Positions 27,682-33,556 of a stretch of DNA of 33,556 bases are shown one piece after another. Under the pieces are notes generated by a model. It was not told the DNA's origin. It made no database searches and worked only from the letters and a program-made list of their open reading frames with translations. The position numbers and the translations under genes were made by a program. How positions within the stretch are numbered: the first letter of the stretch is position 1; each line of letters begins with the position of its first letter. The stretch spans positions 1 to 33,556 of the IMG/VR virus record IMGVR_UViG_3300012948_000012; one strand, written 5' to 3'. The stretch comes from a virus (taxonomy: Duplodnaviria > Caudoviricetes).

Positions 27682-30371
27682 TGCAATATCAAGGCTATCT
27701 GATTGGTAACTTTGCAACTGGTTATGATAAAGAGCTACAGCCTTGGTTAATTCCTGACGATGCTCAAGATCAGCTATTAGATGGTTTTGTCTATAAAGGT
27801 GTATGACAAAAGCGTGATGGCTATAATCAATATGCTGATGGTGCTAGGGGTGGTGCTCCATATTGTGAATCAAGAATGATTCATACTATCACGATCAATG
27901 CTAACCAAGTCCCTAATGGTATTATAACTGTTTTTACTTTTAATATTCCAGGATCAGCTAATCCTTTAAGACGTGGGGGATTCCGAGCAATAGATAAGAC
28001 TGCTCTAGGAGTTCAATCTCAAATCATACAAGATAACGGTGTTGGTGGTACACTAGCAGGTTCTGATGGAACTATAGACACCACACTAAACTACACAACT
28101 ACTCTTGCTACGCCTCAACAAGTAACATTCACAGTTGCTCCCCCTATAGGTCATACAGTTACTTTAGAATTAGATATCCATCAAGGATTCCCAGTGATGG
28201 GAGTCATGAATTTTTTTACTCAAACGAATACTAGAGAACTGATTGTTGCTGACACTACTTACGTTAATCGATACAATGCTACCACCAACAGACTAGATGA
28301 CATTAGTCCTACAACCTTACTTACTGGAACTAATGTGAATTTCATGTCTTGGGTCAACTATCCAGATCCTCAAGACAGGCAAAGACTTTTATTCGTTAAT
28401 TTTAAAGATCCAATACAGCAATATAATGGTACTACAGTAACACCTTATCCTGTTTACACCGCTAGCTTACAAATCACTAATACTCCTTCAGGCGTTTTAG
28501 GCAATGGAACCACTGGTCCTTATGTGATCAGCACGCCAGCAAACACAGGTATATTTCCGGGCAGTCTTTCTGTTATTGATGTAACGGGAGTTCAGACAAT
28601 CACATTTGATCAATTTGGTGTAGCAAGTGGTGCTGGTACAGGTACCGTTAACTTTTTGACTGGTCAAATCTCAGTAACGTTTAATGTTGCAGTTGGCGTA
28701 GGAAATGCTATCAATTTAACTTATTTGCAACAAAATACACCGATCACTACGGCTTTACATATTTTCCAATTCAAGGATCGCTTGGTTGTCTTGTATACTC
28801 AAGAAGGTGGTGTACAATATGGTCATAGAATCAGAATATCCGGAACTGGAGCTTTTGGTGATGTCTTCACTTCTAACGCTATAGGCGCTGGTGTTATTGA
28901 TATACCTGCTGATCCTTTTATTTCTTCCGCAGACTTCAATAGAGACGATCTGTTGATCTTTCTTAGGGGTGAAGCATGGAGTATGCGTTTTACACAAAAT
29001 GACGTAACACCGTTCGTTATAGATCGAATTGATGGCACTAGAGGATCTGATGCTCCATATGGAACTATTACTTACCTTAATGCAACAAACGCAGTCAGTA
29101 ATATAGGTTTCATAATCTCTGATGGCTATTCCATTGAAAGATCTGACTTGAAGATTCCTGACTACTCATATAATGAAATAAACCAAGAACAATTTGGTCT
29201 TTGCTTTGCTGGGTCTGTAGATCAAGATAGAGATCATTATCTTATTCATCCTACTCCTCAAAGCAATATCTCAGACCGTATACTTATCAGCAACTATGAA
29301 GAAGGCAACTATGCAATATACCGCATCCCTCTAAGTTGCATGGGTAACTATATAGAGTCCAAGACTATAACCTGGAATGATCTACTTAAATACAATACCT
29401 GAGCCGAGATGGCCACAGACTATGGTTCTTGGAATGCGTTTGGCTTTGCTAAAGATAATCCTATTACGATTGGCGGAGGTCATGAAGGACAGATAGTCAG
29501 ATTGAATAACGTAGAGACTGAAGACTATCCTGTTAAGATTCGTAACATGACAGTGATAGATTCTGAAACATTAAGAGTTACTACTGACTTCACGAATTAT
29601 GAGATAGGTGATGTTATCATTCTAGAAGCTGTCACTGGTATGGTACAAGCTACCCAGAAACAAGCAGCTATAGTTGCTAAGCCTTCTGCATATGTTTTCG
29701 ATCTAGATATTGACACTACTGGATTTTCTAGCTTTACACCAGCAACAGACTCAGGATTAGCTTCAAAGGTTATCATCTTTGATTGTAAAACCAAGAAGTT
29801 TAACCCATTTGCTAACCAAGATAAAAAGGTAAGCTGTGGATGGGTATATTTCTACGTGTCTTCAAGCGGTACAGATATCACAACCAATCGAAATATCACA
29901 GCAGCTACCCAAACAAATCCTTGTGTATTGACAGTACCAGGACATGGATATACATCAGGAACTCTGATTTATATTAATGGTGTCCAAGGAATGACTCAAC
30001 TCAATGATTTAAATACTTTCATTACAGTTATAAACCAAAATACTATCTCTTTAGATCAAGTCGACTCTACTGCTTTTTCAGCCTATACATCTTCTGGCTT
30101 TACATCGACTTCCGTAGATGGAATCCTGAAAGTTTATTGCATTAGTAATGACACAGAACAACCAATCAGTGTAGAACCTTTTAATCCTTCACCTTTCCAA
30201 GTCAATCTATCCAGTCAATACGCAAGCAACGGCATTAAGAAATGGTACAAACTATGGATCAATCAGACCGCTAGATTTATCCAATTGCAAGTTGTAAATG
30301 ATCAGGCAGGAGTAAACATGGAAATACACGCAATCATGCCTGGCTTTGCAGGCATAGGACGGTTAATCTAA
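27681..30371 (+). CDS. Tail nozzle / tubular protein B-like, 896 aa, with FCCH-like inserts (TGA=Trp at 27804 and 29400)
   Basis: TAATG coupling; LQPWLIPDDA...GV-W-QKRDGY; beta-propeller-like FKDRLVV..RIRISG; single frame. Confidence 0.75.
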
Positions 30372-30646
30372 TGCCCAATCTAATGCCTAGATTCAATTGG
30401 GGAACCGAGGTTAAGAATGTAAACAAGACATTATATAACCAGCTTAATGATTCATACTCGGCCACGGCTAGCGTTATCAACAGTAAGCCCAGTAAACAAG
30501 TTTTTAGAACAGACCCTCCAGCAGATGATCAAGTCAACATAGGATTCAATCAAGGCGATATCTGAATCAATGAAGCTACAGACAATGCTTGGATATTAAC
30601 ATCAAGAACTACAGCCACCGCGGTCAACTGGCAAATCATAACTTAG
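30371..30646 (+). CDS. Small virion protein (TGA=Trp at 30563)
   Basis: GDI-W-INEATDNAWIL...VNW, same motif as GTIWPN...VWIL...ASW in 1051-1941. Confidence 0.75.
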
Positions 30647-30653
30647 GACATAT

Positions 30654-31355
30654 ATGGCAGATTTAGGAGCAGGCGCCTTAGGCGTAGCATCAGGAGCAGC
30701 AACAGGTAGTACATTCGGTCCTGTAGGTACAGCTATTGGAGCAATAGGTGGTGGCCTACTAGGAATGTTTGGTGCAAACAGAAAGAAGAAACCAAAGAAA
30801 CTTTCAACTTTAGATCCTACACAAAGAGGGATCTATAATGACTATGCATCTGGCCTTAGAGGTGAAGGTGGCAGATTTGGTAATATCTTCAATTTTGATG
30901 CTAACCAAATGAAAGATGTCTTTCAAAAGATGTATGCGAACCCTGCATATCAAAATTTCCAAGAAAACATAGTTCCCAGTATCACTGGAGCCTTTAGAGG
31001 TGGTAACTTACAAAACTCAAGCTATCTCGGGGGGGCCTTGTCAAAAGCAGGTACAGATGTACAGAGAAATCTTGATGCTCACTTGTCCAATATGCTTTAT
31101 CAAGGGCAGCAAGATGCGGTAACCCGTAGAGCACAGGGAATTCAAAATCTACTTGGTATGCAGACATTCGCATATCAACAGCCACAAGCCAGTGCTGGAG
31201 ATAATGCTTTTAGTGCCTTAACTCAATATGGCGGCCAAGCTCTTGGAAACTTAATAGATAACAAATTCGGTGGAGGCTTCCAAGGAACCAAACCAAATTT
31301 ACCATCTGGTGGAACCACTAGCACTAGTGGTATAAATCCAAAGATGTTCTCATAA
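30654..31355 (+). CDS. Probable DNA ejection/pilot protein
   Basis: Gly/Ala-rich hydrophobic N-terminus GAATGSTFGPVGTAIGAIGGGLLG, Gln-rich body. Confidence 0.65.
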   Translation: MADLGAGALGVASGAATGSTFGPVGTAIGAIGGGLLGMFGANRKKKPKKLSTLDPTQRGIYNDYASGLRGEGGRFGNIFNFDANQMKDVFQKMYANPAYQNFQENIVPSITGAFRGGNLQNSSYLGGALSKAGTDVQRNLDAHLSNMLYQGQQDAVTRRAQGIQNLLGMQTFAYQQPQASAGDNAFSALTQYGGQALGNLIDNKFGGGFQGTKPNLPSGGTTSTSGINPKMFS

Positions 31356-31364
31356 GGAGATAAG

Positions 31365-32288
31365 ATGCCAAGCGCACAAGTAATAGATTTTGGTGAGGAT
31401 CCCTATGCAAACGCAGTAGGTGGTTTTGCTAAGTCCTTTTTAGGAGCATTGAATGAAAAAACAGCACAGAGACGTAATGAACAACTCTTTGAAAAGATTA
31501 AAGACAAATATGGGAAAGATGCCAAAGGTGAAGATATATTAAGAGATGTTGTCTTTGCAGAAGGATTCGATCAAAGCTACAAACAAGATCTCATCAAAAA
31601 CCTCAAAGAATATGCTACGCTAGCGAACAAAACTGATAAAAATCTGTATGAACAAGCAAAACTTGATCAAAGAAAAGAAGAACTTGACGTTAGAAAAACA
31701 ACCAATGAGATAGCTTCAAACAGACTAAAAAATGAACAAGCTAAGACAGCCAATCAAGAAGATAAGAACCTAAAAGCTACAGCTAAGGATATCAATAACT
31801 ACTCCAGTAAGTTTCTAAAAGATAATGAACTTTCTCTAACTCCCAACGATAAAGCTGATATAAATCTTTTCACTGAACAGTTCATGAAAAACAAGAAACA
31901 AGGACTTACTGAAGCTTTCAATGATGCCTATAAGCTTATAACAATGCGTAGAGAGAAGATTGATGATGTGAAGATCACTCCTTTTCCTTCTTACTTTATA
32001 GGAAGTCCAAACGAGGCAGAAATAGAACCAGCCATGCAAAAAGCTTATTTGGAACTTAAGAATCTATATGAACAAGATGGTATAGACAATCAAAGTGATC
32101 TTAGATCTATAGCAGAGAGATCAGGATGACCAAAAGAACTAGTAACAAAGATGCTACAGAGAATCTTCAAAGAAGATGGTAGAACTCTTAGAGTAGCAAC
32201 ACCTAAACAATCTGCCAATATTCCTAGGGATTTACAGGGAAAAACTGAACAACTAGCAAGCGTAGATGATCTATTGTTTGGAGAGTAG
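31365..32288 (+). CDS. Probable internal virion/ejection protein (TGA=Trp at 32127)
   Basis: AAGGAG RBS; helical; read-through ends at TAG adjacent to the next ATG. Confidence 0.7.
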
Positions 32289-33556
32289 ATGTTAACATTA
32301 GAGCGCATTAATAAAGCCAGACAAGCGGGATATGATGATGATGCTATTGTAGATTCTATCTCGCGAAATGATCCAGCATTTGGTGAACGCATTAGTAAAG
32401 CCAAAAATTCTGGATATGATTCCTCTGCAATTATGCAATCTATAGAACGAAAGTTAAATCAACCTTTGCTGAGTTTATCCTCGGATCAAGCTGGTAATTC
32501 CGTCAATGTAAAACAGCTTTACAAACAAGAAAAACGTGATGTAAAGCCAGACTCTAAACTTAATGTAAAGCAGCTTGACAATGAGAAGAATTGGTTTGAT
32601 CACTTCGCTGAAGGCATGTCACGATCTGTGAGTGGTGGTGCTCAAGAATCAAAGATATCTGAAGACCCTGGATTCTGAAATGGTCTAATCCAATTTAGTG
32701 GTGAAACACTAGGTGATTTACCATACATGGCAGCAGGTGGCTTCTTAGGAGCAAAGCTAGGAGCAACACTTGGTGCAGGAACTGGATCTGTAGCTGGTCC
32801 CGCAGGAACTGGTATTGGTGCAGGGATTGGTGGTGTTCTTGGTGGTGGGTTTGGTTCTCTAGCTTTACCAACTTTTCTTAAGCAAGCTATGAAGGAATAT
32901 AGAGACTATGCCAATAAAGGAAATGATATAACATTTGGTGAGTTTCTAGAACGTGCAGACCGAATAGGCAGTGAAACGCTTAATTCAGGATTGATGGGTG
33001 TCATCCTAGGACAACTAAACAAAGCAGCTCCTTTGCTTAAAGATTTACCAGGAATAGGCAAACTTTTTACAACTAAGATTGCACAAAAAGGTGCTGAGAT
33101 TGGCTTAGAGACAGCAGCACTTGGAACGATTCCTAAAGCTAGCCAAGGAGAGATCCCTACATCAAGAGACTATGCTGAAGCCTTAGCTATTGTCTTAGGC
33201 CTTAACGTATCAAGAATACCTTCCAAAGTAAGAGAAAAACTCCAAAAATCTGGAGAAGCTAGTGGTAAATCTCCTGAAGAGTTTATCAAATCTTACCCTT
33301 TAGAAGAAATCCAGCAAGTCGGTGAAATACTGAAAGCTGACCCTGAGATAGTGACTAATAATGTAAAGCAGCTTTACAACACCAGATTTACAACTGAAAA
33401 AGGTTCAACCTATGAAGTTAATGAAGATGGTAGCACTAAGAGAAATAAGAAGTTTAGACCTGAACATGGCGAAGCTGAACAAGGTGAACAACCTAAGAGT
33501 GAATCAACTAGATATGTAAAGCCAGAAGATGCAGAAAAACTTTCAGAATTTCAAAC
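32289..33556 (+). CDS. Large internal virion/ejection protein (partial; TGA=Trp at 32676)
   Basis: A(R/K)xxGYD repeats, glycine-zipper segment; frame open to the window end. Confidence 0.75.
32507..33378. repeat. Three copies of a 17-bp palindrome TGTAAAGCAGCTTTACA
   Basis: Perfect at 33362-33378; one mismatch each at 32507-32523 and 32564-32580. Confidence 0.8.

Larger units (their letters stand above)
1..33556. mobile_element. Tailed dsDNA (podovirus-like) phage genome segment using TGA=Trp in most lytic genes
   Basis: TerS, TerL, portal, scaffold, capsid, tail and ejection genes, plus replication, recombination and recombinase/XRE modules; no host housekeeping genes. Confidence 0.95.

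Noticed and set aside
19744-32404. Minus-strand and off-frame track ORFs inside the structural operon
   Set aside because: Shadows of terminase, portal, capsid, tail and ejection genes
32507-33378. TyrR/PhhR boxes
   Set aside because: The TyrR box is TGTAAA-N6-TTTACA; spacing here is N5 and the sites are deep within a coding region
18898-33556. Decayed prophage with many pseudogenes
   Set aside because: Every interruption found is an in-frame TGA, with no frameshifts or internal TAA/TAG, and many fall at conserved Trp positions
258-33556. TGA as selenocysteine or glycine (code 25)
   Set aside because: Diagnostic motifs require Trp (GWK, GSPW, WRL, WSW); no Cys- or Gly-type contexts or SECIS-like pattern noticed
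1-33556. Phage-encoded release factor, tRNA synthetase, endolysin or reverse transcriptase/DGR
   Set aside because: No such motifs recognised in this window; they may lie in the missing part of the genome

Overview
The whole window is phage DNA: a probably temperate, podovirus-like dsDNA phage with an N4-gp56-type major capsid, a P22-like portal and ejection-type proteins. No host genes are seen. The window begins in a tail-fibre gene and ends in an internal-virion gene, so it looks like most of a circularly permuted genome. The ORF track is fragmented because TGA is used in frame as Trp. By manual count about 35 in-frame TGAs occur, several at diagnostic Trp positions (capsid DPLNQRSTMG-W-K, terminase DKI-W-RLSNLY, phosphoesterase GSP-W, portal GDN-W). 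Recoding is uneven: packaging, structural and recombination genes need TGA=Trp, whereas the recombinase/repressor module, replication initiator, DnaC-like ATPase and RtcB have no internal TGA, and several genes in the recombinase module and accessory region appear to stop at TGA. The only recognisable tRNA is an atypical tRNA-Trp(CCA), not UCA, whose spacing implies a shortened anticodon stem, and it lies just behind a terminator. Two unrelated RNA ligases (Rnl2-like and RtcB) are encoded. Together these suggest a code-switch system gating lytic genes (inference). Coordinates below assume TGA=Trp where stated; all calls come from motif recognition without database searches.
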